Shown here: piece by piece, positions 48,303-63,415 of the stretch
Layout of the letters: every line of letters begins with the position of its first letter
Position numbering within the stretch: position 1 is the stretch's first letter
Source: Tubulanus polymorphus
Lineage: Eukaryota; Animalia; Nemertea
Assembly: GCF_964204645.1 (NCBI RefSeq)
Contig: NC_134027.1
Span: 17,818,560 to 17,882,559 of the forward strand
Length of the DNA stretch: 64,000 bases
Direction of reading: 5' to 3'
Position numbers and translations under genes: made by a program
Notes under the pieces: model-generated
What the model saw: the letters and a program-made list of their open reading frames with translations, nothing else
Told to the model about the DNA's origin: nothing
Database searches by the model: none

Positions 48303-49560
48303 ATCTAGGGGTCCAGGGACACCATGCTCACTTGGGAAGTGGTTTCAAATGCTCAACAATCTAACAATTTCAATACATAACGCCCTCTAGTGACCATATA
48401 CAAAAACCAATGACCTTGAAACCCACCACAATCATAGGACATGTGAGCAGCTATGATTTTGTAATCGATTGTGATAACAAAATATGCCTCGTTACCAATT
48501 TAATATGGAAATACTAAGCTATTCTACTATTCAACGCCCCCTGGTGACCATATGCAAAACCCAATGACCTTAAAACTCACCCCAATCGTAGTACATGTCA
48601 TAAAATACAACTTTGCAATTGATCATAGTAACAAAATATGCCTAGGTACCAATCTAATAAGGAAATACTAAGCCATTCTACTATTCAACGCCCCCTGGTG
48701 ACTATATGGAATAACTAATGTCCTTAAAAACTCACCGCAATCATAGACGATGTCATGAACTACAACTTTGCAATTGATCATGGTAACAAAATATGCCTTG
48801 GTACAAATATAGCAATACTAAGTTATTGTATTATTCAACGCCCCCTGATGGCCACATACAAAAACCAATGACCTTGAAACTCACGAAAATCATAGAACAC
48901 GTTATGGGCTACAACTTTCCAATTGAATATAGTAACACAATATGCTTAGGTATCAATTTAATGTGGAAAAACTTTTTCCCACCTACGAATGAGTACTGAT
49001 GACACCAAGATGGCCGCCAATTGCGTCATAATTGGCTGATCAAAGATACCTGTCCCAGGTATAAAACATCCCTCTCTAAAGAATATCCATCAGCAATTGC
49101 AATGAGAAATGGCAAACCAGTAGGAAGCTACGTGACCTAGAATTTTGGCCAAAATTGACATTTTTGGGCACTAAAAAGGTCATAGGACGGCCATCTTGAG
49201 TCAGATCGACCCAATTTTCTTATGCTGATGGGCCTTTGGTAGATTCAAATATAAACGAAAGATCAAGGTAATTGATCAAAGCGTCTTCAAAATTTCCCAC
49301 GAAAACTTCGAAAATGTTTAAACAGTGCTGATTTTGGCAAACAACAATGGCTGCCAGTCGGCCATCTTGAATCTGACAGGGCCAGTTTTTGGGCTGACGA
49401 TGTGTCTAGGGTAGATACATGTATAAACCAAATATCAAGACATTACCTTGAAGCGTCTTCAAAACTTCCCAAAATAACTGGATTCCGTCTATGGACGGAC
49501 CGACGGACGAAAAGTGAACGCAATAGCCCGCTGGGACTAAAGTCCCATGTGGACTGAAAA
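48303..49560. mobile_element. HINE-like element copy
   Basis: Near-identical to 40136-41390; preceded by satellite at 48040-48302. Confidence 0.75.
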
Positions 49561-51357
49561 ATAATTGTCGCGGGCGACAAAACCAAAATATTGAATTGTC
49601 GCGGGCGACAAAACCAAACTAATGAATTGTCGCGGGCGACAAAACCAAACTAATGAATTGTCGCGGGCGATAAAACCAAACTAATGAATTGTCGCGGGCG
49701 ATAAAACAAAAATATTGAATTGTCGCGGGCAATAAAACCAAAATAATGAATCGTCTCGGGCGACAAAAACAAAATATTGAATCGTCGCGGGCGACAAAAT
49801 CAAAATAATGAATTGTCGCCGATAAAACCAAAATAATGAATGGTCTCGGGCGACAAAACCAAAATAATGAATTGTCGCGGGCGATAAAACCAAAATATTG
49901 AATTGTCGCGGGCGACAAAACCACAAAAAAAATTGGCACGGGCGATAAAAACAAAATATAAAACCAAAATAATGAATTGTCGTGGGCGATAAAACCAAAA
50001 TATTGAATTGTCGCGGGCGATAAAACCAAAATAACCAATTGTCGCGGGCGATAAAACCAAAATAATGAATTATCGCGGGCGATAAAACCAAAATATTGAA
50101 TTGTCGCGGGCGATTAAACCAAAACAATGAATTTTCTCGGGCGACAAAACCAAAATAATGAATTGTCGCGGGCGATAAAACCAAAATAATGAATTGTCGC
50201 GGGCGATAAAACCAAAATATTGAATTGTCGCGGCCGATAAAACAAAATTAATGAATTATCGCGGGCGACAAAACCAAAATATTGAATTGTCACGGGCGAC
50301 TAAACCAAAATATTGAATTGTTGCGGGCGACAAAACCAAAAAAAGAATTGTCGGGGCGACAAAACAAAAATAATGAATTGTCGCGGGCTATAAATCAAAA
50401 TTAATGAATTGTCGCAGGCGATAAAACCAAAATAATGAATTGTCGTGGGCGACAAAACCAAAATGGTGAATTGTCGCGGGCGACAAAACCAAAAAGGTGA
50501 ATTGTCGCGGGCGACAAAACCAAAATGGTGAATTGTCGCGAGCGACAAAACTAAAATAATGAATTGTCGCGGGCGATAAAACCGTAATAATGAATTTTTG
50601 CGGGCGATAAAACCAAAATAATGAATTGTCTCAGGCGACAAAACAAAAATAATGAATAATCGCGGGCGATAAAACAAAAATATTGAATTGTCGCAGGCGA
50701 TAAAACCAAAAAAGAAAATTGTCGCGGGCGACAAAAACAAAATATAAAACCAAAATAATGAATTGTCGCGGGCGACAAAACCAAAATAATGAATTGTCGG
50801 TGGCGATAAAACCAAAGTAATGAATTGTCGCGGGCGATAAAACCAAAATATTGAATTTTCGTGGGCGACAAAACCAAACTAATGAATTGTCGAGGGCGAC
50901 AAAACCAAACTAATGAATTGTCGCGGGCGACAAAACCAAAAAAAGAATTGTCGGGGCGACAAAACAAAAATAATGAATTGTCGCGGGCTATAAATCAAAA
51001 TTAATGAATTGTCGCGGGCGACAAAACCAAAATATTGAATTGTCGCGGGCGACTAAACCAAAATATTGAATTGTTGCGGGCGACAAAACCAAAAAAAGAA
51101 TTGTCGGGGCGACAAAACAAAAATAATGAATTGTCGCGGGCTATAAATCAAAATTAATGAATTGTCGCGGGCGATAAAACCAAAATAATGAATTGTCGCG
51201 GGCGACAAAACCAAATTAATGAATTATCGCGGGCGATAAAACCAAAATATTGAATTGTCGCGGGCGATAAAACCAAAATATTGAATTGTCGCGGGCGATA
51301 AAACCAAAATAATGAATTGTCGCGGGCGACAAAACCAAAATATTGAATTGTCGCGGA
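49560..51357. repeat. 31-bp satellite array
   Basis: Tandem units. Confidence 0.95.
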
Positions 51358-53702
51358 ATGATGCAATCGTGAGTTGAAATAATACCTGAACAAATCGATG
51401 CACAGACATTTACTTTATATATCTACTTGAACAATCGAGCTTCTCAGTAATGTACTCAGTTTTTACGAAACCTGGAGTTTTTGTTTCAGAGAAATTTGAG
51501 TATCAGTATCCGATGCTATATACTAACGTTAACGTTAGTTATCATCGCTCCGTCATGCTAAGTTATACATTTCATGTCAACCAGTATCTACAGGCAGCTG
51601 TACAGTGTGTACACACTATATCTGAATACGAGGCTGGAATAACAGGCTCACTTCACGTAGGTTCATGATGAGGAGAAACTCGCAGCTGATCCCCGGAACG
51701 ACGATGTAGTAACACACGTCGATTCGTAGATGTTTACGGCTCGACAGTGCTTTTAAAATCTAAAGTAGTAAATTTCCAGTGTATCGGTAATATGATTTGA
51801 TGAGGAAAATGGGCTATTGTTAAAATCACTGTTTGAAGACCGCGACTGAATGTGAAGTCTGCGGCAATAAATTAGTTCATTTATACTTGAATTGATAATC
51901 GAAGTGACAGTCGGCCTGCGGGTTGATTTCGGGATGACGACTCGAAAAACATGTCGCCCCATTGAATGGGGCTAAATTTTCGATGTTTACGGCCCGACAG
52001 CGCTTTTGTAACGATGATTCGTGAAAAAACACGCGGGCTATTTGTAGATCTCAGTGAGCTGAACGATATTATATGGATTGTATATGAAACAGCGGTAAGG
52101 TAACAAAGCCTATGTTCTTTTGGTAAAAATAGTGTGGAAGAAAATAATAATAAATATAGCTGCAAAGCAGCGATAACGGGTTTTCTGCACAGTCTTAGAA
52201 TCCAGTTCAACGGTGGATTTCGACAAAGCATTTGATAAGGCACAACATCAGGCATTACTAACCAGGCTATTAGGAAACATCATTAATGATAGGTCACTCA
52301 AATGGCTCAGCAGTTATCTCTGAACGAAAACTTGTAGCCGAAATCAACGGTACGCCTCATCTTGGAATAAGTCAGTCTAACTAGTGGAGTCACACAAGGT
52401 AGTATCCTAAGTTGTTTTCTGTTTAATGTCCTGACAAATGACATACACAGTAATCCAACATATACCAGACCGAGTAAATTTCCAAATCGAACTTAACGCG
52501 CTGTTCGACCAAAAAACTTTATGTTCCAACCAGAAAATCTTGTTCGAATGAAAATAATTCTGTTTGATCGAACAATACGCTTTTTGCTTGAACCAAAAAT
52601 TTTCTTCATTCTGACAGAAAATGTGTTCGAATAAAAAGCTATGTTATTGTTGAAATGAAAAATTTGGTTGAGCGAAAACAATTTTTTCGAACGAATGTTT
52701 GAATGAAAAAAATTCTGTTCGATTGAACGAAATACTTAATACTTTCGGTTCGGAGAAAAAACTTTTTTCAATATACTTGTTCGAACGAAAAACTTAATGT
52801 TCTGACAAGAAAATTCTGTTCAAATTAAAACGATTCTGTTCAATTGAATGATTGTTCGAACGAAAAACCTTTCGTTTGGACAAAAAAATGTTTGTTCAAC
52901 TTTGTTCTAACGATTTTTTTCAAATTGGTTCAATTGTATAGAATATTATTGGTTCGAACGAAATAAATATTGTTCCGACGAAAGAATTTTCAAGCGAAAG
53001 GTCTTTTGAACGAAAAAAAAAGATATTTCTGGTGCTCCGCAGTAACTTAAAGCCGGACGTAGGTTGTTCTTGTGACACGATGCGATCCTCGCGTTGCATC
53101 GCAAGTTTCGATGCAAGTCGCTTGCGATACGATTGTGTGCGACTAGTTTCTGCCAGTCGCAAGAGCACGTCGGTTGGTTGTGACAGTCGTGTCGCGTCGC
53201 AGAAAGTAGAACACCTACGACTCCATGTGACTGGCGTTGCTGAAAGATGAGGACGCCAGTGATATGACGACTGAGTTTCAAGTCGTCAAAACGTCACGAT
53301 ATGTCGACATATTCATGTCGAATTGATGCGATATATCGACATAAATATGGCGACTTGTCGAGTTGGAACGCAACAACTCGAGGCCCTTTATCGCTTCCGT
53401 AGATCTTTCATTAAGTAGGATCACTTGAATGATCGCTTTAATATCACTTAAAAAAAAAAGAATCTGCCAAAATGACCTTAATATTCGACACTATATCTAC
53501 GGAAGCGATAAGGGGCCTCGAGATGACGCGTTCCAACTCGACAAGTCGCCATATTATTGTCGACATACCGCGATGTATCGCGTCAAGTCGACATGAATAT
53601 GTCGATATATCGTGACGTTTTGACGACATATTTCGTTTTCTCAACCATTTTCCTCGCGACAAGTCGACATATTCATGACGACTTGAAACTCAGTAGTCAT
53701 AT

Positions 53703-54320
53703 TGTCACTAACGGGATCTTTGAATTCCACTTGAGTGATAGAATGTTAACAAACGTCCAAGAATAAACGAGTCGCAACACACAGAGTTCCTGTCTTCAAA
53801 ATTACTTTTATTTCACGAACTGATCTCAACGATCTAAATATTTCTAGCGGTCTCCCCCACGGTCCAAAAACCCCAGTATATATAGTCAATTCTCCAACCC
53901 ATCTCATTAGCGAACGACATTGCCAAAGCCCGTTAATTTGTCGTTAGCGCAACAGCGTTGCCCATAAAAATATCATTATTCAACCGAAATAATTACAAAA
54001 GGACATTATACGTGACAGTTTCCCAGAAAAATGTAACATTAACTTTGAATTATGTTCTTCAGCGGCAGTCGTTGCTCGCAGAAGCAAATACTTACGAGCA
54101 ACTGACGCGCATTAGTCGTAATTTTCCTAAGGTTCAATCTCAGTACAAAAAGTTATATGAAAGCTGACGCTGGAACAAAGTTCGAAAGTTTTATCACGAA
54201 AGATGGCAATGTTGAATGAGTTGGATAATGAATGCGGAATAGTTTATGATATCGTTAGAAGATGGCAGCACTGCCTATGAATTGAGACTGCTGTTGAAAC
54301 TCAATAATACCACTGTCACA
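53703..54320 (-). mobile_element. Solo LTR (Gypsy/Ty3-like), 618 bp
   Basis: TGT...ACA termini and a 4-bp TSD ATAT. The empty site GTCATATTACTGGCG is seen in a paralogous module near 61595. TATA-like and AATAAA motifs lie on the minus strand. Confidence 0.82.
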
Positions 54321-54624
54321 ATATTACTGGCGTCCTCATCTTACATTTAGACATGTCTTCAAATGACGGCTTGTCCCGTGGAAAATGAGCAAATAAGCGA
54401 AATTTGTCGTGAAAACGTCACGATATGTAGACATATTCATGTGGACTTGACACGATATATCACGATATATCGACATAAAAATGGCGACTTGTCGAGTTTG
54501 AACATGACAACTCGAGGCCCTTTATCGCTTCCGTACTATATCAGATTAATCGACGTCAAAATAGGCGAAAGCATAAGTCTTTATTACGTTATTAATTGGC
54601 CTAATTATTCAAAAGCTAATAATG

Positions 54625-56003
54625 TGGGCGACAAAACCAAAAAAATTAATTGTCGCAGGCGATAAAACCAAAATAATCAATTGTCGCGGGCGATAAAACC
54701 AAAATAATCAATTGCCGCTGGCGATAAAACCAAAATATTGAATCGCCGCGGGCGACAAAACCAAAAAATGAATTGTCGCGGGCGATAAAACCAAAATAAT
54801 GAATTGTCGCGGGCGACAAAACCAAAATATTCAATTGTCGCGGGCAACAAAACCAAACTAATGAATTGTCGCGGGCGATAAAACCAAAATAATAAATTGT
54901 CGCAGGTGATAAAACCAAAAAAATAAATTGTCGCGGACGATAAAACCAAAATCATGAATTGTCGCGGGCGACAAAACCAAAATATTCAATTGTCGCAGGC
55001 GACAAAACCAAACTAATGGATTGTCGCGGGCAATAAAGCTAAAATAATGAATTGTCGCGGGCGATAAAACCAAAATATTGAAGTGTCGCGGGCGATAAAA
55101 CCGCGACAAAAAGAGAAAAAAAATTGTTGCGGGCGATAAAACCAAAATAATGAATTGTCGCGGGCGATAAAACCAAAATATTAAATTGTCGTAGGCGCCA
55201 AATCCAAAAAATGAATTGTCGCGGGCGATAAAACCAAATTCTTGAATTGTCGCCATTGTCGCGTGCGACAAAACCAAAATAATGAATTGTCGTGGGCGAT
55301 AAAACCAAAATAATGAAATGTCGCTGGCGATAAAACCAAAATAATGAATTGTCGTGGGCGATAAAACCAAAATAATGAATTGTCGCGGGCGATAAAACCA
55401 AAATATTGAATTGTCGTAGGCGCCAAATCCAAAAAATGAATTGTCGCGGGCGATAAAACCAAAATCTTGAATTGTCGCCATCGTCGTGTGCGACAAAACC
55501 AAAATAATGAATTGTCGCGAGCAATAAAACCAAAATAATGAATTGTCGCAGGCGATAAAACCAAGATATTGAATTTTCGCGGGCGATAAAACCAAAATAC
55601 TGAATTGTCGCGGGCGATAAAACCAAAATATTGAATTGTCGCGGGCGATAAAACCAACAAAAAATGTATTGTCGCGGCAGAAAAACCAAAATCTTGAATT
55701 GTCGCGGGCGAAAAAACCAAACTAATGAATTGGTGCGGGCGATAAAACCAAAGTAATGAAATGCGCGGGCGATAAAACTGCGACAAAAAAAAAATTGTCG
55801 CGGGCGATAAAACCAAAATAATGAATTGTCGCGGGCGATAAAACCAAAATATTGAATTGTCATGAGTGACAAAACCAAAATATTGATTTGTCGCGGGTGA
55901 CAAAACCAAATTAATGAATTGTCGCGGGCGATAAACCAAAATAATGAATTGTCGCGGGCGATAAAACCAAAATAATGAATTGTCGCGGGCGACAAAACCA
56001 AAA
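54625..56003. repeat. 31-bp satellite array
   Basis: Tandem units. Confidence 0.95.
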
Positions 56004-57877
56004 TTATTGTTTTGTCGCGTTATTTTAGTTTTGTCGTTTTGTCATAATGTCGCCCTCATTTGCATATACATATCTTTTTTACGCATGGCCCTTATCAGAC
56101 ACCATACTAAAGCCTTAAGGTCGCGTAAAACTCGATAAACACTTCAAGCGACACAGCGAACGATCTCCTTTCCCCCACAGCGAACGCTTAACCTAGTAGA
56201 TGCTACTAGCCTATGTATATGCGTAGGCCTAACATCCGGACAGATTGGTCGTAGGCCTATTGAATTCAACAACCCACCTAAATATCGTAAATTTTGTTTT
56301 CAAGTTCAATCCAATGAGTCCGTTAATAAACGCAACAATTGTACTGTGTTTGTTTGAGACAGTAAAGCTCAGTACCGGTAGGCCTAAAGCCGCGTCAAAC
56401 TCGATAAACACTTCAAGCGACACAGCGAACGATCCCTTTCCCCCACAGCGAACGCTTACTCCGAATGTCAAGTGTGAGTCCAGCATACGGAAAGGATTAT
56501 GTGTTATATACTTGTATTTTGTAAATACCTTGTGCATTTGACAATGATCGGTATGTACTGTAGGAAATATAGAGTATTGATGGTATTGATATAGAGGTTG
56601 AAGCCCGCGGCCGAATAAAGTAATATATTCTTTTATTTTGATACCTCGTCGACATAACAGCTTTTCTCCGCTATATCTCTTCGGCGTGTTTAGTTTAGGC
56701 CTACGATTCCTCGGTACACTAAAGATTCATCTTAGTAAATACTCGGTTAATTCGGTAAAGAAAAATAGGTATTGTTATACTAACTCCTTGAAACCCGCAG
56801 CCAAATTACTGGTAGTAATAAATTAATTTGTACTCGATTTGATTCTCATGATGAGGAGAAACTCGCAGCTGATCCCCGGAACGACGATGTAGTAACACAC
56901 GTCGATTCGTCGATGTTTACGGCTCGACAGTGCTTTTAAAATCTAAAGTAGTAAATTTCCAGTGTATCGGTAATATGATTTGATGAGGAAAATGGGCTAT
57001 TGTTAAAATCACTGTTTGAAGACCGCGACTGAATTTGAAGTCTGCGGCAATAAATTAGTTCATTTATACTTGAATTGATAATCGAAGTGACAGTCGGCCT
57101 GCGGGTTGATTTCGGGATGACTACTCGAAAAACATGTCGCCCCATTGAATGGGGCTAAATTTTCGATGTTTACGGCCCGACAGCGCTTTTGTAACGATGA
57201 TTCATGAAAAAACACGCGGGCTATTTGTAGATCTCAGTGAGCTGAACGATATTATATGGATTGTATATGAAACAGCGGTAAGGTAACAAAGCCTATGTTC
57301 TTTTGGTAAAAATAGTGTGGAAGAAAATAATAATAATAATAATCACGCGGATATCAATAGGGTTTTCTGTGAAATAACAGAAAACCCTAATAATAATCAC
57401 GCGGATATCAATAAAGTTTTCTGTGAAATAACAGAAAACCCTAATAATAATAATAAGAAACACGCGAATCTCAATAGGGTTTTCTGTGATGTAACAGAAA
57501 ATCCTAAATATAGCTGCAAAGCAGCGATAACGGGTTTTCTGCACAGTCTTAGAATCCTGTTCAACGGTGGATTTCAACAAAGCATTTGATAAGGCTCAAC
57601 ATCAGCCATTACTGAACAGGCTATTAGGAAACAGTATCAATGATAGGTCGCCCAAATGGCACAGCAGTTATCTCTGAACAGAAACTTGTAACCGAAATCA
57701 ACGGAACGCCTCATCTTGGAATGAGACGGTCTAACTAGTGGAGTCACGCAAGGTAGTATCCTAAGTCGTCTTCTGTTTAATGTCCTGACAAATGACATAC
57801 ACAGTAATCCAAAAGTAAATTTCCAAAACAACCTTAACACACTGTTCGACCAAAAACTTAATGTTCCGACAAAACCA

Positions 57878-59288
57878 CGGGCGACAAAACCAAAATTATG
57901 AATTGTCGCGGGTGAGAAAACCAAAATATTGAATTGTCACGGGCGACAAAACAAAAATAATGAATTGTCAGGGGCGATAAAACCAAAATAATGAATTGTC
58001 GCGGGCAATAAAACCACAATAATGAATTGTCGCGGGCGTTAAAACCAAAATATTGAATTGTTGCGGGCGATAAAACCAAAATAATGAATTGTCGCGGACG
58101 TCAAAAACCGACTATTGAATTGTTGCGTGCGACAAAACCAAAAAAAAATTGTCGCGGGCGACTAAAACAAAATATAAAACCAAAATAATGAATTGTCGCG
58201 GGTGACAAAACTAAAATGGTGAATTGTCGCGGGCGACAAAACCAAAATAATGAATTGTCGCAGGCGACAAAACCAAAATAATGAATTGTCGCGGGCGACC
58301 AAACCAAAAAGAAGAATTGTCGCGGTCGACAAAACCAAAATAATGAATTGTCGCTGGCGATAAAACCAAAGTAGTGATTTGTCGTGGGCGATAAAACCAA
58401 AATATTGAATTTTCGCGGGCGAAAAAACCAAAATATTGAATTGTCGCGGGCGACAAAACTAAAATATTGAATTGTCGCGGGCGACAAAACCAAAAAAAGA
58501 ATTGTGGGGGCGACAAAACCAAAATAATGAATTGTCGCGGGCGACAAAACCAAAATGGTGACTTGTCGCGGGCGACAAACCAAAATAATGAATTGTCGCG
58601 GGCGACAAAACAAAAATAATGAATTGTCAGGGGCGATAAAACCAAAATAATGAATTGTCGCGGGCAATAAAACCACAATAATGAATTGTCGCGGGCGTTA
58701 AAACCAAAATATTGAATTGTTGCGGGCGATAAAACCAAAATAATGAATTGTCGCGGACGTCAAAAACCGACTATTGAATTGTTGCGTGCGACAAAACCAA
58801 AAAAAAATTGTCGCGGGCGACTAAAACAAAATATAAAACCAAAATAATGAATTGTCGCGGGTGACAAAACTAAAATGGTGAATTGTCGCGGGCGACAAAA
58901 CCAAAATAATGAATTGTCGCAGGCGACAAAACCAAAATAATGAATTGTCGCGGGTGACCAAACCAAAAAGAAGAATTGTCGCGGTCGACAAAACCAAAAT
59001 AATGAATTGTCGCTGGCGATAAAACCAAAGTAGTGATTTGTCGTGGGCGATAAAACCAAAATATTGAATTTTCGCGGGCGAAAAAACCAAAATATTGAAT
59101 TGTCGCGGGCGACAAAACTAAAATATTGAATTGTCGCGGGCGACAAAACCAAAAAAAGAATTGTGGGGGCGACAAAACCAAAATAATGAATTGTCGCGGG
59201 CGACAAAACCAAAATGGTGACTTGTCGCGGGCGACAAACCAAAATAATGAATTGTCGCGGGCGACAAAACCAAACTAATGAATTGTCC
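57878..59288. repeat. 31-bp satellite array with a near-perfect 659-bp higher-order duplication
   Basis: The variant unit GGACGTCAAAAACCGACTATTG occurs at about 58096 and 58755, with matching flanks. Confidence 0.92.
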
Positions 59289-60095
59289 ACGATGGCCGCC
59301 AATTGCGTCATAATTGGCTGATCAAAAATACCTGTCCCAGGTATAAAACATCCCTCTCTAAAGAATATCCATCAGCAATTGCAATGAGAAATGGCAAACC
59401 AGTAGGAACCTACAGGACCTAGAATACTGGCCAAAATTGATATTTTTGGGCACTAAAAAGGTCATAGGACGGCCATCTTGAGTCAGATCGACCCAATTTT
59501 CTTATACTGATGGGCCTTTGGTAGATTCAAATATAAACGAAAGATCAAGGTAATTGATCGAAGCGTCTTCAAAATTTCCAATGAAAACTTCGAAAATGTT
59601 TAAAAAGTGCTGATTTTGGCAAACAACAATGGCTGCCAGTCGGCCATCTTGAATCTGACAGGGCCAGTTTTAGGGCTGACGATGTGTCTAGGGTAGATAC
59701 ATGTATAAACCAAATATCAAGACATTACCTTGAAGCGTCTTCAAAACTTTAATATGGAAATACTAAGTTATTCTACTATTCAACGCCCCCTGGTGACCAT
59801 ATGCATAAGATGGCCGCCAATTGCGTCATAATTGGCTGATCAAAAATACCTGTCCCAGGTATAAAACATCCCTCTCTAAAGAATATCCATCAGCAATTGC
59901 AATGAGAAATGGCAAACCAGTAGGAAGCTACAGGACCTGGAATTCTGGCCAAAATTGACATTTTTGGGCACTAAAAAGGTCATAGGACGGCCATCTTTAG
60001 TCAGATCGACCCAATTTTCTTATGCTGATGGGCCTTTGGTAGATTCAAATATAAACGAAAGATCAAGGTAATTGATCAAAGCGTCTTCAAAATTT
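59289..60095. mobile_element. Two rearranged partial HINE-like segments
   Basis: GATGGCCGCCAATTGCGTCATAATTGG segment at about 59291 and 59810; both termini missing. Confidence 0.7.
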
Positions 60096-60097
60096 TC

Positions 60098-61290
60098 TTC
60101 GGGCGACAAAACCAAATAATGAATTGTCGCGGGCGATAAAACCAAAATAATGAATTGTCTCGTGCGACAAAACCAAGATAATAAATTGTCGCAGGCAATA
60201 AAACCAAAATAATGAATTATCGCGGGCGATAAAACCAAAATATTGAATTGTCGCGGGCGATAAAACCAAAATAATGGATTGTCGCGGGCGATAAAACCAA
60301 AATATTGTATTGTCGCGGGCGATTTAACCAAAATAATGAATTGTCGCGGGCGACAAAAACAAAATATTGAATTGTCGCGGGCGACAAAACCAAAAAAAAA
60401 ATTGTCGCGGGCGACTTAAACAAAATATAAAACCAAAATAATGAATTGTGGCTGGAGATAAAACCAAAGTAATGAATTGTCGCAGGCGACAAAACCAGAC
60501 TAATGAATTGTCGCGGGTGACAAAACCAAAATAATGAATTGTGGCTGGAGATAAAACCAAAGTAATGAATTGTCGCAGGCGACAAAACCAGACTAATGAA
60601 TTGTCGCGGGCGACAAAACCAAAAAAAGAATTGTCGGCGTGACAAAACCAAAATAATGAATTGTCGCGGGCGATAAAACCAAAATAATGAATTGTCGCGG
60701 GCGATAAAACGAGAATAATGAATTGTCGCGGGTGACAAAACCAAAATGGTGAATTGTCGCGGGCGACAAAACCAAAATAATGAATTGTCGCAGGCGACAA
60801 AACCAAAATAATGAATTGTCGCGGGCGACCAAACCAAAAAGAAGAATTGTCGCGGTCGACAAAACCAAAATAATGAATTGTCGCTGGCGATAAAACCAAA
60901 GTAGTGATTTGTCGTGGGCGACAAAACCAAAAAAAGAATTGTGGGGGCGACAAAACAAAAATAATGAATTGTCGCGGGCGACAAAACCAAAATGGTGAAT
61001 TGTCCAGGCGACAAAACCAAAATGGTGAATTGTCGCGGGCGACAAAACCAAAATAATGAATTGTCGCGGGCGATAAAACCAAAATGATGAATTGTCTCGG
61101 GCGACAAAACCAAAATAATGGATTGTCGCGGGCGATAAAACCAAAAAAATGAATTATCGCGGGCGATAAAACCAAAATATTGAATTGTCGCGGGCGATTA
61201 AACCAAAATAATGAATTGTCGCGGGCGACAGAACAAAATATTGAATTGTCGCGGGCGACAAAACCAAAAAAAAAATTGTCGCGGGCGAAA
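60098..61290. repeat. 31-bp satellite array
   Basis: Tandem units. Confidence 0.95.
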
Positions 61291-62145
61291 CCAAAAGTTT
61301 CATTAAGTAGGGTCACTTGAATGATCGCTTTAATATCACTTTAAAAAAAAAAAGAATCTGCCAAAATGACCTTAATATTCGACACTATATCTACGGAAGC
61401 GATAAGGGGCCTGGAGATGTCGCGTTCCAACTCGACAAGTCGCCATAATTATGTCGACATACCGCGATATATCGCGTCAAGTCGACATGAATATGTCGAT
61501 ATATCGTGACGTTTTGACGACATATTTCGTTTTTTTTTTACCATTTTCCTCGCGACAAGTCGACATATTCATGACGACTTGAAACTCAGTCGTCATATTA
61601 CTGGCGTCCTCATCTTACATTTAGACATGTCTTCAAATGACAGCTTGTCCCGTGGAAAATGAGCAAAAAAGCGAAATTTGTTGTGAAAACGTCGCGATAT
61701 GTAGACATATTCATGTGGACTTGACGCGATATATCGACATAAATATGGCGACTTGTCGAGTTTGAACGCGACAACTCGAGGCCCTTTATCGCTTCCGTTC
61801 TATATCAGATTAATCGACATCAAAACAGGCGAAAGCATAAGTCTTTATTACGTTATTAATTGGCCTAATTATTCAAAAGCTAATAAAGTGGGCGACAAAT
61901 CAAAAAAAATTAATTGTTGCGGGCGATAAAACCAAAATAATCATTTGTCGCGGGCGATAAAACCAAAATAATCAATTGTCGCCGGCGATAAAACCAAAAT
62001 ATTGAATTGTCGCGGGCGACAAAACCAAAAAAATGAATTGTCGCGGGCGATAAAACCAAAATCTTGAATTGTCGCGAGCGACAAAACCAAAATATTGAAT
62101 TGTCGCGACAAAACCAAATTATTTATTCGTCGCGGGTGACAAAAC

Positions 62146-63415
62146 AAACTAGGGGTCCAGGGACACCATGCCCACTTCGGAAGTGGTTCCAAATGCTCAA
62201 CAATCTAACAATTTCGATATTGAACGCCCCCTGGTGACCATATACAAAATCCAATGAACTTGAAACTCACCACAATCATAGAACATGTCAGCAGCTACGA
62301 TTTTGTAATTGATTGTGATAACAAAATATGCCTCGTTACCAATTTAATATGCAAATACTAAGTTATTCTACTATTTAACGCCCCCTGGTGACCATATTCA
62401 AAACCCAATTACCTCGAAACTTACCACAATCATAGAACATGTCACGAACTACAACTTTGTTATCGATCATGGTAACAAAATACGCCTAGGTACCAATATA
62501 ATAAGGAAATATTAAGTTATTCTACTATTCAACGCCCCCTGGTGACCATATAGAAAAAACTATTTTCCTTAAAACTCGCAACAATCATAGATGATGTCAT
62601 GAGCTACAACTTACCGATTGATTGTGGTTACAAAATATGCATAGGTGCGCATATAATATAGAAATGCTAAGATATTGCATTATTCAACGCCCCCATACAC
62701 AAAATCCATATACAAAATCCAATGACCTTCAAACTCACCACAATCATAGAACACGTTATGAGCTACAACTTTCTAAATGATTTTGGTAACAAAATACGCT
62801 TAGGTATCAATATAATGTGGAAAAACTTTTTCCCACTTACGAATGAGTACTGGTGACACCAAGATGGCCGCCAATTGCGTCATAATTGGCTGATGAAAAA
62901 TACCTGTCTCGGGTATAAAACATCCCTTGCCAAAGAATACCCATCACAAATTACAATGAGAAATGGTAAACCAGTAGGAAGCTACAGGACTCAGAAGTCG
63001 GGCCAAAATAAACATTTTTTGCCACTAAAAAGGTCATAGGACGGCCATCTTGAGTCCGATCGACCCAATTTTTGTTATGCTGATGGGCCCTGGAGGGATT
63101 CACATATATCCGAAAGATCAAGGTAATTGATCAAAGCGTCTTCAAAATTTCCCTCAAAAAGTTCAAAAACGTGTATAAAGTGCTGATTTTGGCGAACAAC
63201 AATGGCTGCCAGTCGGCCATCTTGAATCTGACAGGGCCAGTTTTTGGGCTGAAGATGTGTCTAGGGTAGATACACGTGTAACCCAAACATCAAGACGTTA
63301 CCTTGAAGCGTCTTGAAAACTTCCCTAAATGACTGGATTCCGTCTACGGACGGACCGACGGACGAAAAGTGAACGCAATAGCCCACTGGGACTTAAGTCC
63401 CAAGTGGGCTAAAAA
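62146..63415. mobile_element. HINE-like element, more diverged copy
   Basis: Same architecture with many substitutions relative to the other copies; preceded by satellite at 61890-62145. Confidence 0.75.

Noticed and set aside
40626-57145. Recurrent short ORFs in repeat modules (MPWYKYSN, MGRHVFRV, MYSVFTKP, MHKVFTKY)
   Set aside because: Conservation reflects recent DNA duplication. Other copies have frameshifts and there are no recognisable domains.
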